From NCBI GenBank assembly GCA_964608505.1, contig CAZSOV010000004.1, forward strand, positions 4,098 to 68,097: a DNA stretch of 64,000 bases, in the 5' to 3' direction. Shown here one piece after another: positions 36,600-44,987 of the stretch. Every line of letters starts with the position of its first letter. Within the stretch, counting starts at the first letter, position 1. This DNA comes from an uncultured Verrucomicrobiota bacterium (GTDB taxonomy: Bacteria; Verrucomicrobiota; Verrucomicrobiia; Limisphaerales; CAIMTB01). The notes beneath the pieces were generated by a model. That model saw nothing but the letters and a program-made list of their open reading frames with translations. It did no database searches and was not told where the DNA came from. A program made the position numbers and the translations under genes.

Positions 36600-38162
36600 A
36601 TGTTCATGGAGGGCAACGCGACGATTCCCGATCCGGGGCAGCCGCTCCTCGAGATGCGCGGCATCTCGAAGCGGTTCCCCGGCGTCGTGGCCCTGGACGA
36701 CGTCCGGCTCTCGGTGGGCGCCGGCGAGGTGGTCGCGCTGGTCGGCGAGAACGGCGCCGGCAAGTCCACGCTCATGAAGGTGCTGGGCGGCGTGTACCAG
36801 CCCGATGCCGGGGAGATCCGCTGGCAGGGGCGGGCGGTCCGCATCGAGCGCGTGACCGACGCCCTGAGGCTGGGCGTCGCGTTCATCCACCAGGAGTTGA
36901 ACGTCCTGGGGAACCTCGACCTGGCCGCGAACGTGTTCCTCGGGCGCGAGCCGAGGTCCCGCTTCGGCCTGATCGATCGTCGCAAGATCCACGCCGACGC
37001 CGAGGCCTATCTCCGGCGCCTCGGCGTGACGGTGCCCACGACGACCCGGCTGGACCGTCTGCCGCTCGCGCAACAGCAGTTGGTCGAGATTGCCAAGGCC
37101 CTGTCGCTCGACGCGCGCCTGATCATCATGGACGAGCCGACGTCGAGCCTGACCGTGCAGGAAACCGACCGGCTGCTCGAGCTCGTCAACGAGCTGCGGG
37201 ATCAGGGGGTCAGCATCGTCTACATCTCCCATCGCCTCGCCGAACTCGGACGTTGCGCCGACCGGGTCGTGGTCCTGCGCGACGGTCGGAATGCCGGGGA
37301 ACTGGCGCGCCACGAGATCGAGCATGACCGGATCGTGACCCTCATGGTGGGGCGGGAGATCAAAAGCCTCTACCAGGAGTCCGCCGCGACGAGAACCCCC
37401 GGGTTCTTCGCCGTGCGCGCGTTGCGGTCCGGTCGATACCCCGACCGGCAGGTCGCGTTCGAGGCGGCGCGGGGCGAGATCCTCGGCTTCGCCGGGCTGG
37501 TGGGGGCGGGGAGGTCTGAGATGGCCAAGGTGCTGGTGGGCCTGGACGAACAGGGCTCGGCCGAGGTCCGGCTCGGGGACGAACCGCTGACGATCCGCCG
37601 GTCGGAGGACGCGATGACGCACGGGATCTATCTGGTTCCGGAAGACCGGCGGGGGGAGGGCCTGGTGGTGCGGATGTCGGTGGAGGAGAACATCACCCTG
37701 CCGCGCCTCTCCCGCTTCGCGCGGCTGGGGCTGATCCAGCGGGCACGCGAGCACGTCTGCGCCGACGAACAGATCGCGTCCCTGAGGGTGAAGACGCCGA
37801 ACCGCGACGCGCTGGTGGTGAACCTCAGCGGTGGAAACCAGCAGAAGGTCGTGCTCGGCAAGTGGCTGGCGCTGAATCCGCGCGTGATGATCTTCGACGA
37901 GCCGACGCGGGGCATCGACGTGGGGGCGAAGGCCGAGATCTACCGGCTCATGCGGGACCTCGCCGAGCGCGGCGCGGTGGTGATCATGATCAGCAGCGAC
38001 ATGGAGGAGATCCTGCATGTCAGCGACCGCGTGGCCGTGATGCACGAAGGGGAGATCTCGGGCGTGCTCGACCGCCGGCTCTGCACGGAGGAGAACATCA
38101 TGCAACTGGCGGTCGGGCGCCGCCTGGCCGCCGAAGTCCGCCCGGGAACAAGCACCGAATGA
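36600..38162 (+). CDS. sugar ABC transporter ATP-binding protein (duplicated ABC domains, RbsA/AraG-like)
   Basis: Walker A GENGAGKST, signature LSGGNQQKV, two ABC halves, 520 aa. Confidence 0.92.
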   Translation: MFMEGNATIPDPGQPLLEMRGISKRFPGVVALDDVRLSVGAGEVVALVGENGAGKSTLMKVLGGVYQPDAGEIRWQGRAVRIERVTDALRLGVAFIHQELNVLGNLDLAANVFLGREPRSRFGLIDRRKIHADAEAYLRRLGVTVPTTTRLDRLPLAQQQLVEIAKALSLDARLIIMDEPTSSLTVQETDRLLELVNELRDQGVSIVYISHRLAELGRCADRVVVLRDGRNAGELARHEIEHDRIVTLMVGREIKSLYQESAATRTPGFFAVRALRSGRYPDRQVAFEAARGEILGFAGLVGAGRSEMAKVLVGLDEQGSAEVRLGDEPLTIRRSEDAMTHGIYLVPEDRRGEGLVVRMSVEENITLPRLSRFARLGLIQRAREHVCADEQIASLRVKTPNRDALVVNLSGGNQQKVVLGKWLALNPRVMIFDEPTRGIDVGAKAEIYRLMRDLAERGAVVIMISSDMEEILHVSDRVAVMHEGEISGVLDRRLCTEENIMQLAVGRRLAAEVRPGTSTE

Positions 38163-39112
38163 AAAAGGAAGCCGGAATCGCCGCCCTGCTGGCCGTGTTG
38201 TGCGCCGTCACGGCGATCATGAACCCGAAGTTCCTGTCGCCGGTGAACCTCACCAACATGGCGAACGTGATCGGCATGTTCGGCATCTTCAGCATCGGGC
38301 TCGGCCTCGTGATCATCACGGGAGGCATCGACCTGTCCGTCGGCTCGATGTTCGCGCTGGGGGGCGTGCTGCTGGCGATGGCCCTCCGCGATTGGAATCT
38401 CTCCTGGCCGCTGGCGGCCTTGCTGGTGGTGCTGTTGCCGATGGCTCTCGGCTGGGTTCATGGGCTCCTCATCACCCGGATGCGGATGCAGCCCTTCATC
38501 GTCACGCTGTGCGGGCTGCTGCTCTACCGCGGCCTGGCCCGGTTCATCGCCGACGACGCCACCAAGGGCTTTGGCAACGCCGAGGGCTTTGAATCCCTGG
38601 CCAGTCTGGCCCGGGGCAAGCTCTTCGGCCTGCCCATGCCGTTCGTCCTGCTCGTCATCGTCGCGACCGTGATGTGGGTCGTCCTCCACCGGTCCGTCTT
38701 CGGTCGCTACCTCCTGGCCGTCGGACGCAACGAGGAGGCGGCCCGGTTTTCCGGCATCGACACCCGCCGCGTCATCAGCCTCACCTACGTCATCATGGGC
38801 ATGCTGACCGGCCTCGCCTCGATCCTCTTCGCCTTCTACACCAACTCCATCTCGCCCTCGATCCACGGCAATTTCTACGAGCTCTACGGCATCGCCGCGG
38901 CGGTCCTCGGCGGCTGCAGCCTCCGCGGCGGCGAGGGCTCGATCATCGGCATCGTCATCGGCACCGCCCTGCTCCAGGTGCTCCAGAACCTCGTCAACCT
39001 GCTCGGCATCCCCAGCTCCCTGAACTTCGCGGTCATGGGCGCCGTCGTGCTCGTCGGCGTCCTCGCCGACCAGATCTTTCAGCGGCGCGCCGAACGGAAG
39101 CTGGTGCTCTAG
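38159..39112 (+). CDS. sugar ABC transporter permease (RbsC/AraH family)
   Basis: ATGA overlap with the ATPase gene. GGIDLSVGS motif and multiple TM segments. 317 aa. Confidence 0.9.
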   Translation: MKKEAGIAALLAVLCAVTAIMNPKFLSPVNLTNMANVIGMFGIFSIGLGLVIITGGIDLSVGSMFALGGVLLAMALRDWNLSWPLAALLVVLLPMALGWVHGLLITRMRMQPFIVTLCGLLLYRGLARFIADDATKGFGNAEGFESLASLARGKLFGLPMPFVLLVIVATVMWVVLHRSVFGRYLLAVGRNEEAARFSGIDTRRVISLTYVIMGMLTGLASILFAFYTNSISPSIHGNFYELYGIAAAVLGGCSLRGGEGSIIGIVIGTALLQVLQNLVNLLGIPSSLNFAVMGAVVLVGVLADQIFQRRAERKLVL

Positions 39113-39175
39113 GCCGGGGCGCCGCCGCCGAACCGTTTCCGGCGGACGCGTCCCCGCCGCGGTTTGATTTCGGCC

Positions 39176-41623
39176 ATGAAAACCATCCCCACCCTCCTGG
39201 CGGCCCTGACGGTCCTGGTCCTGACGGCCGCCGCGGCCTGCGGCGCGAGCGACTATCCCCTCCGCCCCGTCCCCTTCACCGACGTCCGCATCACCGGCGG
39301 CGTCCTGCAGGCGCGCCAGGCGACCAACGCGCGCGTCACCATGCCGTTCGCCCTCGGGCAATGCGACGCGTCGCGGCGCCTCGCGAACTTCGATCTCGCC
39401 GCCGAGACGATGCGCCGTCGCGCGGCCGGCGAGACCTCCTTCTCCAGCAAGCCGCCCACCGAGTATCCCTTCGACGACTCGGACGTCTTCAAGGCCATCG
39501 AGGGCGCGGCCTTCTGCCTGAGCGTCGAGCCCAACCCGGAAATCGCGGCCCGGCTCGACGGCATGATCCGGCGCGTCGCCGCGGCGCAGGAGCCCGACGG
39601 CTACCTGTACACGTGGCGCACGATGCACCCGGATTCCCCGGCCCACGCCTGGATCCATGCCCGGCGCTGGCTCAAGGACTCGGAACTCAGCCACGAGCTC
39701 TACAACCTCGGCCACCTCTACGAGGCCGCCGTGGCCTACGCCCAGGCGACCGGGTCGAAATCCCTTCTCGACGTCTCCCTCCGGAGCGCCGAGCTCGTGC
39801 AGCGCGACTTCGGTCCCGGCAAGCTCCGCATCGCGCCCGGCCATCAGGTGATCGAAATGGGCCTCGCCAAACTGTACCGCGAAACGGGGGACGAACGGTT
39901 CCTCTCCCTCGCCCGGTTCTTCCTCGAGGCCCGCGGCACCGGCAGCTCCTACAGCCAGGATCATCGGCCCGTGGTCGAGCAAACCGAGGCCGTCGGCCAC
40001 GCCGTCCGGGCGAACTACCTTTACAGCGGCATGGCCGACGTCGCCGCTCTCACCGGCGATCAGCGCTATCTCGCCGCCATCACCCGCATCTGGGACAACG
40101 TCGTCGGTCGCAAGCTGCATCTGACCGGCGGATGCGGCGCCCGCGCGGCGGGCGAGGCCTACGGCGACGACTACGAGTTGCCCAACCGGTGCTACAACGA
40201 GACCTGCGCCGCCGTGGCCTTTCTCTTCTGGAACCATCGCATGTTCCTCATGACCGGCGACGCGCGGTACATGGACGTCTTCGAACGCTCCCTGTACAAC
40301 GGCGTCCTCAGCGGCGTCTCCCTCTCCGGCGACCGGTTCTTCTACCCGAACCCGCTCGAGTACGACGGACGGGCGGTGAACAACCACGGCCACGCCGGGC
40401 GCGCCCCCTGGTTCGGCTGCGCCTGCTGTCCCCCCAATATCCTCCGCACCATCGCCTCCCTCGGCGGCTACCTCGCCGCCGTGCGCGACGATCGCCTCTA
40501 CGTCAACCTCTACGCCCAAAGCACCGCCACCGCGTCCGTCCGCGGCAACCCGATCCGACTCGCGCAGTCCACCCGCTATCCGTGGGACGGCGCGATCTCC
40601 CTGCGCCTCGCTCCGGCGCGCCCCGCCACCTTCACCCTCTGCCTCCGGATCCCCGGTTGGTCCCGCGGCCAACCCCTCCCCAGCGATCTCTACGCCTACG
40701 ACGATCCGAAGCCGGCCGCGTGTTCGCTGCAAGTCAACGGCCAGTCCGTCCCGCTCGAAACCAGGCTCGGGTTCGCCGAGATCACCCGCGAATGGCGCGA
40801 CGGCGACACCGTCGCTCTTGCCTTCGACCTCCCCGTTCGCCGCGTCGCCGGACACCCCGCCATCGCCGCCACGCGCGGGCGCGTGGCCCTCGAACGGGGC
40901 CCCGTCGTGTACGCGTTCGAGGGCGTCGACAACGACGGGCGCGTCTTCGACGCCGTGATACCCGCGACGGCCCGGATCGCGACGGAACATCGCGCCGACC
41001 TGCTCGGTGGCGTCACGGTCCTGCAGGTCGCCGATGCCGCCCGTGCCACGCGCCGGGACGACGACACCGTCGCTTCCGCACCCGCGACCCTTTCCGCGAT
41101 TCCGTACGCCGTCTGGGCCAACCGCGGACTGACGCCCATGAGCGTCTGGATGGCGCGGAGCCCGGAACAGGCCCGAATCGCGCCGCGCCCGACGCTGACC
41201 TCGAAAGCCAGGGTCACCACTTCGTACCACCGGGGCGGCATGGATCCGGCCCACGTCCACGATCAGTTGCTGCCGTTGAACGCCACGGACGGGTTCGCGC
41301 CGAACTTCGACTTCTGGCCGCACAAGGGCACCGCCGAATGGATCGCCTACGAGTTCGAGGAACCGACGCGCGTCGGCAGCGTCGCCGTTTCGTGGTTCGA
41401 CGACACCGGCACCGGCGAATGCCGCCTGCCCAAGTCCTGGCGCGTGCTGTACCGCGATGCTGCCGGCGAGTGGCAGCCCGTCCGGGCCACGACCGACTAC
41501 GCGGTGCGGAAGACCGACCCGGTCAAGGTCACCTTCGAGCCGGTCACGACGAAGGCCCTGCGGCTCGAGATGCAGTTGGTCGAGCGCTTCTCCGCCGGCG
41601 TCTACGAGTGGCAGGTGGAGTAG
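39176..41623 (+). CDS. beta-L-arabinofuranosidase-like glycoside hydrolase (GH127/DUF1680) with C-terminal discoidin-like domain
   Basis: ATG at 39176 (TTG at 39164 is in frame) with a signal peptide. NETCAAVAF and GCACCPPNILRT match the Cys-rich GH127 active-site/Zn motifs. C-terminal AEWIAYEFEEPTRVGSVAVSWFDD resembles an F5/8 type C domain. Confidence 0.85.
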   Translation: MKTIPTLLAALTVLVLTAAAACGASDYPLRPVPFTDVRITGGVLQARQATNARVTMPFALGQCDASRRLANFDLAAETMRRRAAGETSFSSKPPTEYPFDDSDVFKAIEGAAFCLSVEPNPEIAARLDGMIRRVAAAQEPDGYLYTWRTMHPDSPAHAWIHARRWLKDSELSHELYNLGHLYEAAVAYAQATGSKSLLDVSLRSAELVQRDFGPGKLRIAPGHQVIEMGLAKLYRETGDERFLSLARFFLEARGTGSSYSQDHRPVVEQTEAVGHAVRANYLYSGMADVAALTGDQRYLAAITRIWDNVVGRKLHLTGGCGARAAGEAYGDDYELPNRCYNETCAAVAFLFWNHRMFLMTGDARYMDVFERSLYNGVLSGVSLSGDRFFYPNPLEYDGRAVNNHGHAGRAPWFGCACCPPNILRTIASLGGYLAAVRDDRLYVNLYAQSTATASVRGNPIRLAQSTRYPWDGAISLRLAPARPATFTLCLRIPGWSRGQPLPSDLYAYDDPKPAACSLQVNGQSVPLETRLGFAEITREWRDGDTVALAFDLPVRRVAGHPAIAATRGRVALERGPVVYAFEGVDNDGRVFDAVIPATARIATEHRADLLGGVTVLQVADAARATRRDDDTVASAPATLSAIPYAVWANRGLTPMSVWMARSPEQARIAPRPTLTSKARVTTSYHRGGMDPAHVHDQLLPLNATDGFAPNFDFWPHKGTAEWIAYEFEEPTRVGSVAVSWFDDTGTGECRLPKSWRVLYRDAAGEWQPVRATTDYAVRKTDPVKVTFEPVTTKALRLEMQLVERFSAGVYEWQVE

Positions 41624-41638
41624 CCCGGGCTTCGCCCT

Positions 41639-42556
41639 TCAACGGATCCCCGGCACGTCGAGGATCTGGACGCTGGAGATCGTTCGCATCGCCTGATGAT
41701 CCGCGAACTGCCAGGCGACGCGTTTGTCGGGCGTGATCTCAAGGAGGTGCGGCGCCTTCCCGAACTGGCCGTGTCCGAGCCAGTTCGCGATCACGGTATG
41801 GCCGTTGGACAGGCGCTGGACTCCGGCCACGAATTTCAGGCTGATCCCGGGCAGTTCGTCGCCCTGGACCTGCCAGACCACCCGCCCGTCGCGATCCGCC
41901 TCGAACACGCGCGAACCCCCGGGCATGTCGCCGCAGGTGATCAGGGTATGCCCGTTCGGCAGCCGAACCGCACTGTGGGGCCCGCCCTTCGCCGGAATCG
42001 TGGCCACCACGGCGCCTTCGGGACCGTATTCCCGCACGACCTGCTCGCCGTAGTGCGTCACGAGATAGTTGCCGTCTGCCAGTTGTCGCGCGTTGCGCAT
42101 GTACAGGTGCCCGCCGTCCCGGCCTTCCGGCAGGAGCCGGACCTGCTTCACGATCCTCCCGTCGGGCGCGACTTCCAGCAACCGACCGGCATTGCACTCG
42201 CCAACGAAGGTGTTGCCGTTCGTCAGCCGCTGGCAGGCGTAGATCTCGCTCTTCGACTGGAACTCGAACACCACGCGCCGTTCCCGGTCGACCTCGCGCA
42301 CGCCGTGCCCCGTGTTGAACAGGAGGTTCCCGTTCGGGAGGACCCACAAATCATTGCAGTTGGGCGCGGCCACCTCCCATTGGACCCGGCCATCCGCGCC
42401 CACCAGGAACACCTTGCCCTGGGTGTAGTCGGCGCAGGCGAACGCGTGGGCCGGCGTGCCGTTGTCCGCGGCCCGGGCCTCGCCGGCCCGCATCGACCCC
42501 GGGACGAACCAGGAAACGGCGATCAGAACGAGCAGGGAGCGGCAGGAGGAGTTCAT
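41639..42556 (-). CDS. secreted beta-propeller repeat protein, unknown function
   Basis: ATG at 42556 with a signal peptide. Repeating blades carry (L/R)xNGNxL(F/V)-type motifs: LPNGNLLFN, LTNGNTFVG, LADGNYLVT, LPNGHTLIT, LSNGHTVIA. Confidence 0.8.
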   Translation of the reverse strand: MNSSCRSLLVLIAVSWFVPGSMRAGEARAADNGTPAHAFACADYTQGKVFLVGADGRVQWEVAAPNCNDLWVLPNGNLLFNTGHGVREVDRERRVVFEFQSKSEIYACQRLTNGNTFVGECNAGRLLEVAPDGRIVKQVRLLPEGRDGGHLYMRNARQLADGNYLVTHYGEQVVREYGPEGAVVATIPAKGGPHSAVRLPNGHTLITCGDMPGGSRVFEADRDGRVVWQVQGDELPGISLKFVAGVQRLSNGHTVIANWLGHGQFGKAPHLLEITPDKRVAWQFADHQAMRTISSVQILDVPGIR

Positions 42557-42693
42557 GGCGAGGGTGGAGCGGAATGTGCAGCGAGCGGCGACCCCGGCAC
42601 CGTAGGAACTCGAGGCGTCGGGTCAATGCGACCGGGGTGAACGCCACCGCCGGGTTCGTTGACGCCGGAAGGAGCGGGGGGCGAGGGTCGGGC

Positions 42694-44025
42694 ATGCTTT
42701 GGCCGGGACGCGAACCGCGGTGGGGGTGGTTGCTGGCGCTGCTCCTGCCGGCACTCGTGGGGGGAGGTTGCCGCGCGACCGCGGACCCGCGGACGGACCG
42801 AACAGTGTCGGTGCGACCGGCGCCCGCGCCCGCGCGGCGGGCGGACCTGCCGCCGATCGACCCTCGAAGGGTCCAGGTGTCGGTCGTGCGGTCGGAGGCC
42901 GAGCACCTGCAAACCGAGGCCGGGCAGGTCTTCGTCCGGGCCCGGGAGGCGTATTGGGAGGGGCGGCTGGACGACGCGCTGGGCCATTGGCGGGGGATGC
43001 TGGCGAGTCCCTCCGACGGGGGACCGCCTCCGGACATGGCGCGGTGGTGGATGATCCAGGCCTGCGAGGAGGACGGGCGCTGGCAGCAGGCAGTGCGGCT
43101 GGCGGAGGAATTCGGGTTCGACCGGACCCATCCCGGGCGGATGGCGTTGGCGCGGGCGTTGAGCCGGGAGCCCGAACCGCGGCTGGCCTTCCCGGAACCG
43201 GCGCCGGGTGCGCCGTTCGAGTTGAAGAGCCGGCATCTGGTCGTCGTGCGCGGACGGCTGAACGGGGTTGAGGGCCGGTTGCTGGTGGACACGGGTTTCT
43301 CGCGGACCGTGGTGACCGGGGAGTTTGCGGACCGGGTCGGGTTGCGTCGCGTGGAGGCGTCCGTGCGCGTCATGGACACCCATGGACGATCCCGCGACGC
43401 CGGGATGGGTGTGGCGGAGACCCTGGAACTATCGGGCCTGTCGGCGAGCCACTGGCCGGTCGTGATCGCGTCCTTGGGGACACTGAGGCGGTGGGCCGGG
43501 CCGCTGGACGGCGTGATCGGGTGGGACCTGCTCCGGCAGGCGACGGTGACGTGGGATGGCCCCGCGCTGATCCTGACTCTGGAGCGCCCCGGTCTGCTTG
43601 GGGAAGGCACCCCAAACCTGTCCGGACGCCGGGCGCCGATGCTGGCGTTCGTGTCGCCGGAAGGGCATCCGCTGGATCTCTTCCTCGACACTGGCTACGC
43701 GTCGCGCCCCGCCACGGTCGGCCTGCATGCCAACGCGGGACTGCTGGATTCGAAGCTGCTTCGGAGCCGCTTCCGATGGAGCCCGAGGCCGTCGTTCGGG
43801 GCGGGGCTGCATTCGCTGCGGATGCGCTGGCCGCGCCGGGCCCGGGATTTGGCGCTCTGGTTCGACGGCCATGAGTTCATCATGCCGCTTGCCCTCCGTC
43901 GCTCCGAGGTCGTGGTGCACGAGGGCTTGCAGGCATGCGACGGGATCATCGGGCTCGCGCCGTTCCTCGGCGGAACGCTGCGTCTCGACGCGACGCTTCG
44001 CGCGGCGCGGTTTGCGCCCCGATAG
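42694..44025 (+). CDS. lipoprotein with two retropepsin-like aspartic protease lobes
   Basis: ATG at 42694 and lipobox LVGGGC. Two DTG-type motifs, LLVDTGFSRT and LFLDTGYASR, each in a retropepsin-like context. Confidence 0.75.
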   Translation: MLWPGREPRWGWLLALLLPALVGGGCRATADPRTDRTVSVRPAPAPARRADLPPIDPRRVQVSVVRSEAEHLQTEAGQVFVRAREAYWEGRLDDALGHWRGMLASPSDGGPPPDMARWWMIQACEEDGRWQQAVRLAEEFGFDRTHPGRMALARALSREPEPRLAFPEPAPGAPFELKSRHLVVVRGRLNGVEGRLLVDTGFSRTVVTGEFADRVGLRRVEASVRVMDTHGRSRDAGMGVAETLELSGLSASHWPVVIASLGTLRRWAGPLDGVIGWDLLRQATVTWDGPALILTLERPGLLGEGTPNLSGRRAPMLAFVSPEGHPLDLFLDTGYASRPATVGLHANAGLLDSKLLRSRFRWSPRPSFGAGLHSLRMRWPRRARDLALWFDGHEFIMPLALRRSEVVVHEGLQACDGIIGLAPFLGGTLRLDATLRAARFAPR

Positions 44026-44203
44026 GCCGGATCCGGGCCCCGCCCGCTCCCAGATCTTGCTCCCCGCGTCGCGGAGCGCGGAACGGCGGATGGAGATGCG
44101 AAGGACGCGAAGGATCTCGTGCCAACGTCCGTTCCGACAGAACGCGTTGCGCGGGAATAGGATCGGCCCGGCCCTGCCTTGACACCGGGCTGACATCCAT
44201 GCG

Positions 44204-44458
44204 ATGCAGGTATCCATGCAAAAGATCCAAATCCTCTTTCCCGATCCGTTGATGGACGCCCTGCGCAAACTGGCGAGAATCGAGGATCGTCCGGTGAGCG
44301 AGATCGTCCGACGGGCCGTGGATCGGGATCTGGCCCAGCGTTCCGGCCTGCTCCAGCGGAGTTCCTCGACCCCGCCCGCCTTCCCCACCTTCGATGGGGG
44401 CAAGGTCCTGGTCTCCGCTGGCAGGATGAAGTCGCTCATCCACGGCGACGAACCGTGA
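44204..44458 (+). CDS. vapB: ribbon-helix-helix antitoxin (VapB/CopG-like)
   Basis: Small ORF (80-84 aa; ATG at 44204 or 44216). IQILFPDPLMDALRKLARIEDRPVSEIVRRAV is an RHH fold pattern. ATGA overlap with the PIN gene. Confidence 0.8.
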   Translation: MQVSMQKIQILFPDPLMDALRKLARIEDRPVSEIVRRAVDRDLAQRSGLLQRSSSTPPAFPTFDGGKVLVSAGRMKSLIHGDEP

Positions 44459-44922
44459 TGAACAGTCTTGATACGAACATATTGGTCTACGCGGCCAACA
44501 GCGGCGCCCCCGAGCACGGCAAGGCCCTCGCGGTGGTGGAGGCCATGCTCGAGCATCCCGGCGATTGGATCCTGGCCGATCAGGTGCTCTGGGAATTCTA
44601 CAAGGCCCTGCGCCATCCGAGGATCCTGCAGAAGCCCCGATCCGCCGCCCAGGCGGCAGCACACCTCCGGTTTCTCCGGGAGGAGAGCGGCGTCGCCTGT
44701 TGTGCGTACGAGTTGTCGCACTTCGCGGAGGTGCTCGGGTGCCTGGAGCGGGGCAGGTTCCCCTACCAGCGAACTCATGATGCCCTCCTCGGGGTCACGC
44801 TTCGCCGGCACGGTGTCACCGTCTTCTACACCCGCAACGAACGGGATTTCGTCGAGGCCGGGTTGCCCCGAATCATCAACCCGATCGACGAATCCGCCCC
44901 CGAAAGGGTGTCCGGAAGCTAG
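44455..44922 (+). CDS. vapC: PIN-domain toxin (VapC family)
   Basis: N-terminal LDTNILVY (first PIN acidic residue), 155 aa, overlaps the antitoxin stop. Confidence 0.85.
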   Translation: MMNSLDTNILVYAANSGAPEHGKALAVVEAMLEHPGDWILADQVLWEFYKALRHPRILQKPRSAAQAAAHLRFLREESGVACCAYELSHFAEVLGCLERGRFPYQRTHDALLGVTLRRHGVTVFYTRNERDFVEAGLPRIINPIDESAPERVSGS

Positions 44923-44987
44923 CCATCGGCGTCGTCGGGTTCCTCGGAGCAAGGGTGGCCCGGCGGGGTGGCTCCGCGCCGGTGGCC

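Noticed and set aside
33188-41736. Very long ORFs 33188..36985 (-), 37940..41323 (-) and 38674..41736 (+) across the arabinan locus
   Set aside because: Biased Arg/Pro/Gly/Asp composition, and they are antisense or out of frame relative to genes with clear family motifs (GH51, ABC transporter, GH127).
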